Source: Lysinibacter sp. (GTDB lineage Bacteria; Actinomycetota; Actinomycetes; Actinomycetales; Microbacteriaceae). From it: a stretch of DNA of 64,000 nt. Location: assembly GCA_040400085.1 (NCBI GenBank), contig JBBAQX010000018.1:162-64161 (forward strand), written 5' to 3'. The notes under the pieces are model-generated. The model was not told where the DNA came from and ran no database searches. It was given only the letters and a program-made list of their open reading frames with translations. Position numbers and translations under genes: made by a program. Below are positions 11,270 through 21,452 of the stretch, one piece after another; position 1 is the stretch's first letter; each line of letters opens with the position of its first letter.

Positions 11270-12345
11270 CAATAGGTATCGTTGGCTGCGGCGCAATAAT
11301 CGGCCAGTACCTAGCCGCTTTGCCGAGCCTGAAGCACATCAGGCTGGTTGCGGTCGCCGACCTTGATCTTGCCCGCGCGCAGGCCGTCGCCGATTCCCTC
11401 GAGGGGGTGCGAGCGCTTGGCGTGAGTGAGCTCATCTCGGACCCGGAGATAGAAATTGTGGTTAACCTCACAATCCCAGCCGCCCACGCGTCCATAGCCA
11501 TTGAGGCAATCAGCGCAGGCAAGAACGTCTATGGTGAAAAACCACTCGCTGCGACTGTCGCCGAGGCCAGACAGATGTTGGAGGCCGCGGCGAGCGCCGG
11601 GGTGCGCCTTGGTTGCGCACCCGATACCGTCCTCGGAACGGGTGTGCAGACGGCGCGCAACGTGATCGACAGCGGATCCATCGGTACCCCGATCTCTGCA
11701 ACTGCGACCATGGTTACTCCTGGTCACGAGAGATGGCATCCGAATCCCGACTTTTATTACCTCCCCGGGGGTGGCCCACTTCTCGACATGGGTCCCTACT
11801 ATGTCACAGCGCTCGTTACCCTGCTTGGGCCAGTTGTGTCTGTCGTTGGGTCTGCGAGTCATACCAGAAGCGAACGGATGATCGGCTCAGGCCCCCGCAG
11901 TGGCGAACGGATCCCGGTGCGCACCGATTCGCATGTCACAGGCATCCTCACTCATGACTCTGGTGCCCTCACAACGCTTACGATGAGCTTTGATGCGGTG
12001 GCCACCCGCTCCCCGCATATCGAAGTACACGGTGAACTCGGTTCGCTGATCGTTCCCGACCCCAACCGCTTTGATGGGAACACTGAACTCTTCTTGCTGG
12101 GCTCCGATACCTGGAGCACTGTACCGGTCTCTGCCGGAATCGCTCATGCCGCCCGAGGGGTCGGTCTCGACGATATGGCGGCGGCGATTACGGCAGGAAC
12201 CCCGCATCGGGCGAACGCAGACCTTGCGTTTCACGTTCTTGACGTGATGGAGTCGCTGCTCGAATCCGTGCGCAGCGAACACAGGATGCGCGTGAACTCG
12301 ACGACCCGCCGACCCGCGCCTGTTGCGCTCCGCGGCGCGCCTTAG
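11254..12345 (+). CDS. Gfo/Idh/MocA-family oxidoreductase
   Basis: 363 aa. Contains IGIVGCGAIIGQYL and YGEKPLA motifs and uses a GTG start. Confidence 0.8.
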   Translation: MGQPLAIGIVGCGAIIGQYLAALPSLKHIRLVAVADLDLARAQAVADSLEGVRALGVSELISDPEIEIVVNLTIPAAHASIAIEAISAGKNVYGEKPLAATVAEARQMLEAAASAGVRLGCAPDTVLGTGVQTARNVIDSGSIGTPISATATMVTPGHERWHPNPDFYYLPGGGPLLDMGPYYVTALVTLLGPVVSVVGSASHTRSERMIGSGPRSGERIPVRTDSHVTGILTHDSGALTTLTMSFDAVATRSPHIEVHGELGSLIVPDPNRFDGNTELFLLGSDTWSTVPVSAGIAHAARGVGLDDMAAAITAGTPHRANADLAFHVLDVMESLLESVRSEHRMRVNSTTRRPAPVALRGAP

Positions 12346-13577
12346 GTTTCCTGCGTCGGTTCCGGGGCGCTGGCCCGCGTGTTCAGCGTGCTGAAGGCCA
12401 GCGTCGCCAATGCTGCAGCCTGATCGCCGAGCACGGAATCGTCGAAGAACACCAGCGGCGAATGATTGTAGGCGAGGTTGTTTTGATCCAGCTCAGGCGG
12501 CGACGCCATCAGCAGAAGGAAGCTTGACGGTATGCGTTGCGCGACGAACGAGAAATCTTCGGAACCCATTACGGGCTGAGGCAAACGGATCACGCGTTCA
12601 CCGAAGAGGTCTGTTATCGCATCGAACGCTGCGTCTGTCACCTCCAGATCATTGATCGTAACCGGGTAGAGAACCTCAACGCGGGCCTCTGCGGTTGCCC
12701 CGTGTGCGGCGGCGATGTCTGAGACCAGTCGAGGTAGTTCGGTTTGTACCCTGTCGAGGGTAGCTTCGGACATCGTGCGAATTGTGCCCCTGAGGCTCGC
12801 CTTTTCCGGGATCACGTTGTCGGCTGTTCCAGCACTCAACTGGGTAACTGACAAAACTATGGGGTCAAACACGTCAAACCGCCTGGTCACGAAAGTCTGA
12901 AGAGCCAGGACGCATTCGGCAAGAATAGGAACCGGATCGACCGCGCTAATCGGGTTTGAGCCATGGCCTCCCTTGCCTGTGATCGTGACAGAAAGGAGGT
13001 TAGAACCCGCAGCCACAGTTCCCGACTTGAGGGCGAACACACCTCGAGGCCCAGGAGCCACATGGATAGCATACGCGGCAATTGGGAGCTCGCCAGAGGC
13101 GTCGAGTAAGCCCTCCTCGATCATCATCATCGCCCCGGCATCACCCTCTTCTCCCGGCTGAAACATGAAGATAACGTTGCCAGCGATGGAATCGCGAACA
13201 TCTGCGAGAAGTCGTGCAGCTCCCACCAGACCGCTAGTGTGCAAATCGTGGCCGCAGGCATGCATCGAGCGATTTGTTGAACGATACGGGAGGTCGTTGG
13301 ACTCGGTAACGTGCAGCGCATCCATATCGCCGCGAAGGAGCACGGTTGGTCCGGGCATCCCCCCGCGAAGGACGGCGACGACTGAGCTGAGTCCCTCGCC
13401 TAGTGTGATCTCTAATCCGAGGCCGTCGATTGCTTCGAGAACTTTTTGCTGGGTTCGAGGTAGGTCTAAGCCGAGTTCCGGATCCGCGTGGAGTGCTCTG
13501 CGCAACTCAACCAGCTCTGGAAGGATTTCTGCGCCCTTCGTAGCGAAACGAGTAGCCATATCTGCGTTGTCGATCAT
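12342..13577 (-). CDS. M20-family amidohydrolase (N-acyl-amino-acid / hippurate hydrolase-like)
   Basis: 411 aa with the M20D pattern: RGDMDALHV, HACGHDLH, FQPGEEG, GKGGHGSNP. Confidence 0.8.
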   Translation of the reverse strand: MIDNADMATRFATKGAEILPELVELRRALHADPELGLDLPRTQQKVLEAIDGLGLEITLGEGLSSVVAVLRGGMPGPTVLLRGDMDALHVTESNDLPYRSTNRSMHACGHDLHTSGLVGAARLLADVRDSIAGNVIFMFQPGEEGDAGAMMMIEEGLLDASGELPIAAYAIHVAPGPRGVFALKSGTVAAGSNLLSVTITGKGGHGSNPISAVDPVPILAECVLALQTFVTRRFDVFDPIVLSVTQLSAGTADNVIPEKASLRGTIRTMSEATLDRVQTELPRLVSDIAAAHGATAEARVEVLYPVTINDLEVTDAAFDAITDLFGERVIRLPQPVMGSEDFSFVAQRIPSSFLLLMASPPELDQNNLAYNHSPLVFFDDSVLGDQAAALATLAFSTLNTRASAPEPTQET

Positions 13578-13627
13578 TTTGTTCTCAACTTTCTCGGTCA
13601 GCTAACGGGCATGAGCATCCGCTAGTC

Positions 13628-14590
13628 CTAGTCAGAACTTCGCAGGATGATGGCCTCTGTTGAGGGCGCCGGATCATTGGGGTCAAGGTATACGTCCGGC
13701 TCAAGATAAATCACGCGTGCGGCAGGAACCACCGAACGAATGCGGTCCTCCGCCTTATTGATCATCACAGATAGCTCCGCAACAGTCTTACGCGCTGCCA
13801 CGGAAATCTTGGCGCCGATCATAAATTCGTCTGGCCCCAGGTACAGGGTTTTCATATGGATAATCCGTTCAACCTCTGGGTCCATGAGTAGCGCGTTTTC
13901 GATCAGCGCAACGTCTTCGTCGGACGCGCCCTCTCCAATCAGGAGGCTTTTCACCTCAATACCGAGGATGACCGCAACGGCGATCAACAAGACGCCGATA
14001 AAGACGGTTGCGATGCCGTCGAAAAGCCCGTTGCCGGTGATCACCGTGAGACCCACTCCGAAGAGTGCGAAGATAAGCCCAACCAGCGCAGCGACATCTT
14101 CGAGCAGCACTACTGGAAGCTCCGGAGCTTTGGCTCGCCTCACGAATTGCACCCAGGATTTTCCGCCGCGCAAAGGGGTGCTCTCGTGGATTGCCGTACG
14201 CAAAGAGAAACTTTCGAGGCCAATAGCTATCACGAGTACGCCGATGGGTACCCACCACATCTCGAGCGGATGGGGTTCCTGAATTTTGCTGACTCCCTCG
14301 TAGACGGAGAAAATCCCACCGACCGAGAAAAGGATGATCGCAACCAGAAACGCATAAACGAATCGAACACGGCCGTAGCCAAACGGGTGCTCTTTGTCGG
14401 CTGCTCGCCTGGCCCTCTTATTACCCAAGAGAAGTAGCAACTGATTACCGGAATCTGCCAGGGAGTGGACACCCTCAGCCAGCATTGAGGCTGAGCCCGA
14501 AATAAACCACGCAACAAACTTCGCCACCGCTATTCCGAGGTTTGCCGCGAATGCCGCGAGAATGGCCTTTTGTCCGCCTGAAGCGCTCAC
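13628..14590 (-). CDS. cation diffusion facilitator (CDF) family transporter
   Basis: 320 aa. N-terminal CDF signature (ANLGIAVAKFVAWFISGSASMLAEGVHSLADSGNQ), six TM helices and a cytoplasmic C-terminal domain. Confidence 0.85.
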   Translation of the reverse strand: MSASGGQKAILAAFAANLGIAVAKFVAWFISGSASMLAEGVHSLADSGNQLLLLLGNKRARRAADKEHPFGYGRVRFVYAFLVAIILFSVGGIFSVYEGVSKIQEPHPLEMWWVPIGVLVIAIGLESFSLRTAIHESTPLRGGKSWVQFVRRAKAPELPVVLLEDVAALVGLIFALFGVGLTVITGNGLFDGIATVFIGVLLIAVAVILGIEVKSLLIGEGASDEDVALIENALLMDPEVERIIHMKTLYLGPDEFMIGAKISVAARKTVAELSVMINKAEDRIRSVVPAARVIYLEPDVYLDPNDPAPSTEAIILRSSD

Positions 14591-14642
14591 TGGTCCTCCG
14601 ATTGTCCCGGAAAGGGTTATTCCTCCATTCTATGATGGTGTG

Positions 14643-15491
14643 GTGACCATTCCGACAGAGAACACACAATTGCCTACTATCGCGATACTCGGACTCGGCT
14701 CGATGGGAGGAGCAATACTCGCGGGATTACGCACCCCTCAGGTGTCTGTCGAGGGGGGCATCCGCGTGACCAATCGATCAGCAGCCAATGCGGCTGCCTT
14801 CGATGGGGCGGATGACGTTATCGCCTTCGCCACCGAGACAACCCCCGAGGCGAATCGTGAGGCTGTTCGGGGTGCCCGCGTGGTGTTGGTTGCGGTCAAA
14901 CCGTGGATGGTTGCCGACCTGCTCGCCGAGATCGCTGATGCCCTTGAACCGGACGCGATAGTCGTGAGCGTTGCTGCCGGGGTCACCGTGGCCTCGTTCG
15001 AGGCGGCGTTGCCCGAGACTATTTCTGTTATGCGTTCGATGCCAAATACCCCAGCCGTTGTGGGGAAGGCCGTTACGGGGCTGAGTCATGGTACCCGGTC
15101 GTCCGATGCTGATTTGGCTCTGGTGACACGGGTGTTTGCAACCGTTGGCAACGTTGTTGTTGTCCCCGAATCGCGTTTGGATGCCCTGAGCACCATTTCC
15201 GGATCCGGCCCGGCTTACGTTTTCCTCTTTGTAGAGAAGCTTACGGCTGCGGCGATCGCGATGGGGTTCAGTGCGGAGGAGGCGAAGGTGCTTGTCGAGG
15301 GGACCTTTGCGGGGGCATCCGACCTGTTGATTACCAGTGGGGAGGACGCCGCTGAGCTTCGGAGGCGGGTGACTAGCCCGAACGGCACGACTGAGCGGGC
15401 GATCGCAGTGTTCCAGGAACGTATTCCGGACGAGGTTTTTGTTGAGGCGACGGAGGCCGCGTTGGCCAGGGCAAAGGAGCTCGCAGGTTAA
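14643..15491 (+). CDS. proC: pyrroline-5-carboxylate reductase
   Basis: Contains IAILGLGSMGGAILAGL (Rossmann fold) and the C-terminal SPNGTTERAI. The track ORF begins at 14562 but would overlap the convergent CDF gene. I place the start at an in-frame GTG (14640 or 14643). The start is uncertain but the stop is firm. Confidence 0.8.
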   Translation: MTIPTENTQLPTIAILGLGSMGGAILAGLRTPQVSVEGGIRVTNRSAANAAAFDGADDVIAFATETTPEANREAVRGARVVLVAVKPWMVADLLAEIADALEPDAIVVSVAAGVTVASFEAALPETISVMRSMPNTPAVVGKAVTGLSHGTRSSDADLALVTRVFATVGNVVVVPESRLDALSTISGSGPAYVFLFVEKLTAAAIAMGFSAEEAKVLVEGTFAGASDLLITSGEDAAELRRRVTSPNGTTERAIAVFQERIPDEVFVEATEAALARAKELAG

Positions 15492-15557
15492 ACGACATTC
15501 GGCCCGGGGCGTGAATTCCCCGGGCCGAAACTCGTCAGATTGCTAGGACGAAGGAAC

Positions 15558-17255
15558 CTAGGGGCTCTTGACCGTTTCGATGAGCCCGGTCTCTGCCCTG
15601 CCGCCTCGGTCAGCGGATGGACCTGCGAGCGCCGTCTCGAGCTGCTCCACCGTCAGAGGGTCGACGGCCTCGGGCGATGCCAGGTTAATGAGGTCGTCAG
15701 CGGGCGTAGCCGCTTCTGAGGCGCCTTCAATCGTTGTCGCCAAAGGCTTCTCAACGACGAAGCAGAGAAGAATCGCGGCTACGGCCATGAGTGGCAGCAT
15801 ATACATGAATACGGGCGTGAGGGCATCGTTATACGAGCCGATGATGATGTCCTTTAGCTGAGGCGGAAGCGCCTTGACCATGGCGGGGGTAAGCGAGTTG
15901 ATCCCGCCGCCACCCGCGGAGGCGGCTGCTGGCATCCGTTCGCTCATGAGGTCACCCAATCGGCTCACAAAGAGACTGCCGACCACCGCGGCACCAAGCG
16001 AGGCACCGATCTGGCGGAAGTAGTTGTTTGAAGCTGTGGCGGTTCCGACGATTTTGTTCGGGAATGAGTTTTGCACGATGAGGATGAGGATTTGCATGCT
16101 CATGCCCAGACCGATCCCCATGACTGCGAGGAAGGAGCACAGGATCCAGATCGCCATATCGGGATTCATCGTCGACAGTAAGAAGAGCGAGATTCCGACG
16201 ATGACCGATCCTGCGATGGGGAGCCATTTGTAACGCCCGCTGCTGCTGACGAGTCGGCCCGAAACGATTGACGTTACAAGCAGTGCGGCCATCATTGGGA
16301 TCATCATGAAGCCGGCTTCGGTCGCGTTTGCCCCGGTGACCATCTGCAGGTATGTCGGGATGTATGCCATGGCACCAAACATCGCGACACCCGTGATGAG
16401 ACCAGCGCCCGTTGTCAGGTTGAAGTTGCGGTCGGTGAACAGGAACATGGGCATTATCGGTTCGGAAACCCTATTCTCGACGAGAACGAATGCGATAGCG
16501 GAAACAACGGAAGTCACGATCAGCCCAATGATGATCTCAGAATTCCAATCATATGTTGTTCCGCCCCAGGTGGTGATGAGCACAATGCTCGTTGAAGCGA
16601 CCGCGAGAAGAAGCATGCCGAAAACATCGATCTTGGGTTTTGCGCGGTTGTGCCTAGGCAGACGTAGGAAGACTACTGCCGAAGCGATTGCGAGGATGCC
16701 GAGGGGCACATTCATCCAGAAGGCCCACCGCCATCCGATGCCCTCGGTGAACCAGCCGCCAAGAAGCGGACCCGCAACGGACGACAGCGCGAAGACGCCA
16801 CCCATGACGCCCATGTAGCGGCCACGGTCACGAGCGGGAACAACGTCGGCGATAATCGCCTGTGACAGGATCATCAGTCCGCCGCCTCCGAGGCCTTGGA
16901 TGGCGCGCCCCGTGATGAGCCAGGTCATGTCAGGGGCGAGTCCTCCGACAATCGAGCCTGCGATGAAGAGGCCTATGGCTCCGACGAAGATGCCCTTGCG
17001 CCCGATAAGGTCGCCAAGTTTTCCGTAGACGGGAAGCATGATTGTCGAGGCAAGGATATAGGCAGTTGTAACCCACAGCATGTGGTCGACGCCGTTGAGT
17101 TCTCCCACAATGGTGGGGAGGGCGGTACTGAATATTGTTTGGTCGAGGGATGCCAGGAGCATCGTGACGATAAGGCCAGCGAATACGATGAGTATGCTTC
17201 GCTTTTCGTGCACCGCCGCCGTTTTTTCGGCTGCGATGGTTGAGGAATTACTCAT
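15558..17255 (-). CDS. MFS transporter, DHA2 (EmrB/QacA, 14-TMS) drug-efflux type
   Basis: 565 aa. Reads LDQTIFSTALPTIVGEL, GKLGDLIGRKG, and has many TM helices. It overlaps the upstream TetR gene by 8 nt, indicating an operon. Confidence 0.85.
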   Translation of the reverse strand: MSNSSTIAAEKTAAVHEKRSILIVFAGLIVTMLLASLDQTIFSTALPTIVGELNGVDHMLWVTTAYILASTIMLPVYGKLGDLIGRKGIFVGAIGLFIAGSIVGGLAPDMTWLITGRAIQGLGGGGLMILSQAIIADVVPARDRGRYMGVMGGVFALSSVAGPLLGGWFTEGIGWRWAFWMNVPLGILAIASAVVFLRLPRHNRAKPKIDVFGMLLLAVASTSIVLITTWGGTTYDWNSEIIIGLIVTSVVSAIAFVLVENRVSEPIMPMFLFTDRNFNLTTGAGLITGVAMFGAMAYIPTYLQMVTGANATEAGFMMIPMMAALLVTSIVSGRLVSSSGRYKWLPIAGSVIVGISLFLLSTMNPDMAIWILCSFLAVMGIGLGMSMQILILIVQNSFPNKIVGTATASNNYFRQIGASLGAAVVGSLFVSRLGDLMSERMPAAASAGGGGINSLTPAMVKALPPQLKDIIIGSYNDALTPVFMYMLPLMAVAAILLCFVVEKPLATTIEGASEAATPADDLINLASPEAVDPLTVEQLETALAGPSADRGGRAETGLIETVKSP

Positions 17256-17862
17256 TGAGTGTTGTGATTACCTTTCTGATGAGCTCTGCGGCTCTTGCTT
17301 GAATGTTGTCGCTATTACCGTCATCGGCTATCCACTCACGAACGGCGATGCGCAGGGCTCCTCCGCTGACGGCGAGTAACAATTCGGCCTCTTCTTCCTG
17401 TTCAGCGGCAGAATCGCTGCTGAAACGTGAGTCGGCGCTCAAAAGAAGACGGATGCCCTTGACGAGATGTTCGTTCATCCGCGTTATCTGTGCCGCGTGA
17501 CGACTCAGCAGGTGAGGGTTTTTCTTAATAATTTCGATGCGTGATTTTTGGTGTGAGCGACCGGTTGCGGCCGGGCCCATGAGTGAAACCACGAGTGCCA
17601 CGACGGATTCGATGAGGTCGTTGGTGAGTGAATTTCTGACGTGTGCGGTAAGCCGAGCATCGTCAATTTTCTCATCATAGACGCACAGAATTGCGTCTTC
17701 CTTGCTCTCAAAATAGTTAAAAAATGTTCGGGGAGACACATTTGCTTCTGCGCACATTGCGTCTACGGTTGCGTGTTCGAAGCCGTCGCGGAGTACAACT
17801 GTGACCGCTGCTTCTTCGAGGGCTGTCCGTGTCTCGAGGCGTTTGCGCTCCCTTAGGCCCAT
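17248..17862 (-). CDS. TetR/AcrR-family transcriptional regulator
   Basis: The TetR HTH reads ATVDAMCAEANVSPRTFFNYFESKEDA. I place the start at internal ATG 17862 (MGLRERKRLE...) rather than the track start at 17961. Confidence 0.8.
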   Translation of the reverse strand: MGLRERKRLETRTALEEAAVTVVLRDGFEHATVDAMCAEANVSPRTFFNYFESKEDAILCVYDEKIDDARLTAHVRNSLTNDLIESVVALVVSLMGPAATGRSHQKSRIEIIKKNPHLLSRHAAQITRMNEHLVKGIRLLLSADSRFSSDSAAEQEEEAELLLAVSGGALRIAVREWIADDGNSDNIQARAAELIRKVITTLNE

Positions 17863-17936
17863 GTTTCCTGTGGGCAGAGTCGGACCTGCTGCTGGGCCCA
17901 GGGCTGAGGAATTTGTCGGGAATGTCACATATATAT

Positions 17937-17946
17937 TATGCGCATA
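17937..17946. promoter_or_regulatory. 10-bp perfect palindrome TATGCGCATA, candidate TetR operator
   Basis: Seen in the AT-rich stretch about 75 nt upstream of the TetR start. Its function is inferred only from position. Confidence 0.25.
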
Positions 17947-18153
17947 TCTACAAAACTGCACAACTGCAAGATTGCGTATCTGAAAAATTTTCGACTAGAT
18001 TCCAGTTGCGATGTTTCAGATGGTATTAGTCCAGGTTGATCGGTTGCGGGGAGAGTCGTCTGCATTCTTATCGTCGCCATGCTCGCAATGAGAAGTTTAT
18101 AAAAATCTTGGTTCGTTGCCATGCGGCGCGCAAAGGGCAAGTACCCTGTATGT

Positions 18154-18582
18154 ATGCCAGATATTTTCAATGTCATTGCGGATGCGACCCGACGCGATAT
18201 CCTGCTTATCCTGCTTGAACGGTATCGGCAGGAAAAAGAGATTAGCGTATCCGAAATTGTGGCCAAAATTGAGTTGAGCCAGCCGACCGTCTCTAAGCAC
18301 CTCAAGGTGTTGCGTGAGGCAGAGCTGGTTTCGGTCCGCGAAGAAGGTCAGCATCGATTTTATACACTCAATTATGAGCCACTTGAATACGTCGAAGACT
18401 TTATCGTTCCCTTCCTGAGTGCGGACTTTGATGGTGATGTGTCTGTTGAGTTCGTCGACGTGAAAGAAGAACCTATTTTGAGCGAGGGTGTGGAAACCGC
18501 TGCCGCGTCTTTAGGTCGCGTCGCTGCAGATGCAGGCCACACAGTGCGTGAGCTTGTTGCGCGTTTTCGCCTGCGTTCTTAG
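18154..18582 (+). CDS. ArsR/SmtB-family transcriptional regulator
   Basis: Reads MPDIFNVIADATRRDILLILL...ISVSEIVAKIELSQPTVSKHLKVLREAELV, the ArsR HTH pattern. The start is taken at the second ATG. Confidence 0.8.
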   Translation: MPDIFNVIADATRRDILLILLERYRQEKEISVSEIVAKIELSQPTVSKHLKVLREAELVSVREEGQHRFYTLNYEPLEYVEDFIVPFLSADFDGDVSVEFVDVKEEPILSEGVETAAASLGRVAADAGHTVRELVARFRLRS

Positions 18583-18710
18583 GCGTTTTGTGGCTTCTGT
18601 GCGGACTTGAATAATCTCAGTTTCGTAGTTGAGCACTTTGGCCGCTAGAATGGTGGTTCTGTCGGTCGATTTTTCTTTCGGCTGATTCCTAAGATCGTGT
18701 GAGGTTTTTT

Positions 18711-18809
18711 GTGGGTTCTGTAATTAAGAAGCGCCGCAAGCGTATGGCGAAGAAGAAGCATCGTAAGTTGCTCCGTAAGACTCGTCACCAGCGACGCAAT
18801 AAAAAGTAG
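18711..18809 (+). CDS. 30S ribosomal protein bS22 (actinobacterial 32-aa basic protein)
   Basis: It falls below the ORF-track size cutoff, so I translated it by hand: GTG start, MGSVIKKRRKRMAKKKHRKLLRKTRHQRRNKK, TAG stop. This matches my recollection of the highly conserved actinobacterial bS22 peptide and is followed by a strong terminator. Confidence 0.85.
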   Translation: MGSVIKKRRKRMAKKKHRKLLRKTRHQRRNKK

Positions 18810-18822
18810 CAACAAAAGCGTG

Positions 18823-18861
18823 AGCGCTAGATCCTCCTCAGGGAGGTTCTAGCGCTTTTTG
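18823..18861 (+). terminator. intrinsic terminator (about 15-bp stem with one mismatch, followed by a T-run)
   Basis: AGCGCTAGATCCTCC-tca-GGGAGGTTCTAGCGCT followed by TTTTTG. It lies between convergent genes and may act in both directions. Confidence 0.75.
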
Positions 18862-18916
18862 CTGCCTTCGCAAGCTTTTTGTGAATGTTGGCACGCCTGG
18901 CTGAGGCTTGGATTAC

Positions 18917-19150
18917 TTACCCGGGGATACCCTCGAGAAACTCTGCCAAGTCGGTATTCAGCGCGTCTGCAATTTTGACGAGGGAATGTAGCGTAGGGGA
19001 TGTGTCGCCACGTTCGACCCTTCCCAGACTTGTTGGATGCATGTCGCAAGCCTCTGCGAGGTCTTCAATGGTGAGCTCTTGTGATTGTCTGGTTGAGCGT
19101 ATTCGCATCCCGACCAGCTCGATAATTTTTTGGTACTTCCAGCTATTCAT
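18917..19150 (-). CDS. XRE-family helix-turn-helix transcriptional regulator
   Basis: 77 aa. Reads MRIRSTRQSQELTIEDLAEACDMHPTSLGRVERGDTSPTLHSLVKIADAL, the HTH_3 pattern. Confidence 0.8.
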   Translation of the reverse strand: MNSWKYQKIIELVGMRIRSTRQSQELTIEDLAEACDMHPTSLGRVERGDTSPTLHSLVKIADALNTDLAEFLEGIPG

Positions 19151-19355
19151 ACTTGTAAATGATTGTTATTAAGATTTTAAAAGCAATAGTCTTTGAGCCT
19201 AATGTCTTTAAGCTTACGAAAAATGTGGTTATAGTGAGCGCTTTCTAGTGACTCTGGCTATCTTTATTAGCTTCGTTTTTCTGCATACCGCCCTACGTGT
19301 CGCCTTTGGCTCGTAGAGAAGCCGGCATGAACGTAACGGACGCTATGCTTGGTCC

Positions 19356-19628
19356 ATGGCCATAATTGAGTTGACTCTCATCGGGAAAGAGGGGTGCCAC
19401 CTATGCGATGATGCGAGAGTGGTAGTCCAGGACGTTCTTGCGGGGGCTGATATCCTCTCTCTTGGAAAAGATTTTGTCTTGGTTGAGAAGTCAATTCTTC
19501 ATGACGAGGCTCTGCTCGAGCAATACGCTGAGGAAATTCCCGTTCTTCTTATTGACCAGAAGGTTCATAACTATTGGCGTATTGATCCGGCCCGGCTGCG
19601 CCAGGCACTTGTTGAGATAGGAGCGTAA
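19356..19628 (+). CDS. glutaredoxin-like protein (DUF836/YruB-like)
   Basis: 90 aa with a CxxC motif (GKEGCHLCDD) and thioredoxin-fold spacing. Confidence 0.7.
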   Translation: MAIIELTLIGKEGCHLCDDARVVVQDVLAGADILSLGKDFVLVEKSILHDEALLEQYAEEIPVLLIDQKVHNYWRIDPARLRQALVEIGA

Positions 19629-19629
19629 G

Positions 19630-19932
19630 TTGGGGATTCGTCACGTTGTCACGTGGAAGATTGCCGGCGAGGATGCTGATGTTCGAGCATCCCGTATTGA
19701 GTCGATTAAATCGGCGCTAGAGGCGTTGCCGCCGCTGATTAGCGATATCCAGAGCCTACAAGCTGGTGTGAACACACTCTACGGCGACAAGAACTGGCAT
19801 CTAGTTCTTATCGCGGACTTTGAGAGCATAGAAGCGCTTGAGTCGTATGTCGCGCACCCGGCACATCAGGCGTTGGTTGCTAAGCATAAAGATTATTTTG
19901 AGGAACGCGTTGCTGTTGATTATGAATTTTAG
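19630..19932 (+). CDS. Dabb (stress-responsive alpha/beta-barrel) family protein
   Basis: 100 aa. Reads IRHVVTWKI...HLVLIADFESIEALESYVAHPAH, the Dabb pattern, with a TTG start. Confidence 0.7.
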   Translation: MGIRHVVTWKIAGEDADVRASRIESIKSALEALPPLISDIQSLQAGVNTLYGDKNWHLVLIADFESIEALESYVAHPAHQALVAKHKDYFEERVAVDYEF

Positions 19933-20065
19933 TGCCGCGTAAGAGCATGACGCAGCCTTTCTGGGTCCGTTGCTAGAGTGAGCGCAACAGTGATCATAAG
20001 TGAGAGGGTCTCCGCCTATCGATCGGCGGAGACCCTCTTCTGATTTATGCTGTTTTCGCTGTGAG

Positions 20066-20554
20066 TTAGCGGAAGTTCACGAATTGCAGGTCAACTTCGA
20101 CGTCTGAGCTTCGGAGCAAGGCCATTGTCGATTGGAGATCGTCACGGCTCTTGGATGAGACACGCAACTCGTCGCCTTGGATCTGGCTCTTGACCCCTTT
20201 GGGGCCCTCGTCGCGGATGAGCTTGTTCAGCTTTTTTGCGTTCTCCTGGTCGATGCCTTCTTTCATGGTGGCCTCGATGCGGTGCTCTTTTCCACTGGGG
20301 TAGGGTTCACCAGCGTCTAGGCTCTTGAGCGAGATGCCACGCTTGATCAGTTTTGACTGGAACACATCGAGGACGGCGTTAACCCGCTCGACTGTGTCGG
20401 CCTTAATCATGATCTTGTCGCCGCTCCACTCGATCGATGCGCCTACGCCTTTAAAGTCGTATCGCTGCTCGATTTCTTTTTTGGCCTGGTTGAGGGCGTT
20501 GTCCGCCTCCATTTTGTCAACCTTGCTTACAACATCAAACGAAGAATCTGCCAT
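20066..20554 (-). CDS. yajQ: YajQ-family nucleotide-binding protein (UPF0234)
   Basis: [36 protein letters not shown]... is the canonical YajQ N-terminus. The start is taken at internal ATG 20554. Confidence 0.85.
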   Translation of the reverse strand: MADSSFDVVSKVDKMEADNALNQAKKEIEQRYDFKGVGASIEWSGDKIMIKADTVERVNAVLDVFQSKLIKRGISLKSLDAGEPYPSGKEHRIEATMKEGIDQENAKKLNKLIRDEGPKGVKSQIQGDELRVSSKSRDDLQSTMALLRSSDVEVDLQFVNFR

Positions 20555-20668
20555 GAGTCCATGGTAGCCAGTATTTTCTCGGATGCTAGTCTCGGCGCGG
20601 TAAATCGATGAACGGATGCCGGGCATATTGTATGTTCTTGACCCCGGCATCCGTTTTGCGAGTGTTTT

Positions 20669-21394
20669 CTAGTTCTCCGTGACGGTGAGAGAGGTGAACA
20701 AGGTTTTGAGTTTTTTGTAGTTGTCGGTTTCCATGAAGGCGCGGGCCTCGTCGAGGTTTGCGAAGGTCGGGACGAGGGGTGTGCTTGCGCCTTCCACGCC
20801 TCCTTTTATCTGGTCAGCAAAGCTCACATAATAGTGAGGATCTGATTTTGGCGAAGCGTAGACGTTCCAGAGCTGGCATGCTTCTGTCGGATTGATGAAG
20901 TTGATGATTCCCATGGATGCAGATACTCCGCTGGGGTATTCAATTGCGCTGAACTGGAAACGAGGTGTTGTAGCTTCGGAAGATGCTGTGACTGTATCGT
21001 GGGGGAGGTTCATCTCGGCAGTGTCGAGAGCCGTGAACGGATATGGTGTTCCGCAGGGGCTTCCAAATCCGAGCCCCCCGCTGCTGAGGTTCGCGGCTGT
21101 TTGGCCCTTCGCGTCGTTAACCCTGATGTCGACAGCCTTTTGATCTTCAAACGCCGGTTCGGGATATGAAGCTTCGACAGTCCAGTCGGCGGGGTACTTG
21201 AAGTTGAAATAACCGTCCTCGGTGCTGAAGGAATTCCAGGCAGTTTCGGTGGGGGATGGTGTGGTTGAGGGGGTTTTAGAAGGTTGAGGTGTTCCGGTCT
21301 TTGCGGGAACTGGCGATGCGGTTGTGTCGTTTGCGCATCCTGTGAGCGCTAGCGCTGCGGCCGCAACCAGGGCGGGGACGATGAGTCTTTTCAT
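20669..21394 (-). CDS. secreted lipoprotein, unknown function (paralog A)
   Basis: 241 aa with a signal peptide and lipobox LTGC (AAAALALTGCAND), then a P/T/S-rich linker. It is about 60% identical by eye to the neighbouring 241-aa ORF. Confidence 0.75.
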   Translation of the reverse strand: MKRLIVPALVAAAALALTGCANDTTASPVPAKTGTPQPSKTPSTTPSPTETAWNSFSTEDGYFNFKYPADWTVEASYPEPAFEDQKAVDIRVNDAKGQTAANLSSGGLGFGSPCGTPYPFTALDTAEMNLPHDTVTASSEATTPRFQFSAIEYPSGVSASMGIINFINPTEACQLWNVYASPKSDPHYYVSFADQIKGGVEGASTPLVPTFANLDEARAFMETDNYKKLKTLFTSLTVTEN

Positions 21395-21452
21395 AGTGTT
21401 CCTTAGCTAAAGCAATTTTCGAGGCTTAGGAGAGCGGTCTCGCGGGTGTGTT

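Noticed and set aside
14562-14642. N-terminal extension of proC
   Set aside because: It would overlap the 5' end of the divergently transcribed CDF gene, and the Rossmann motif begins well downstream. An internal GTG start is more plausible.
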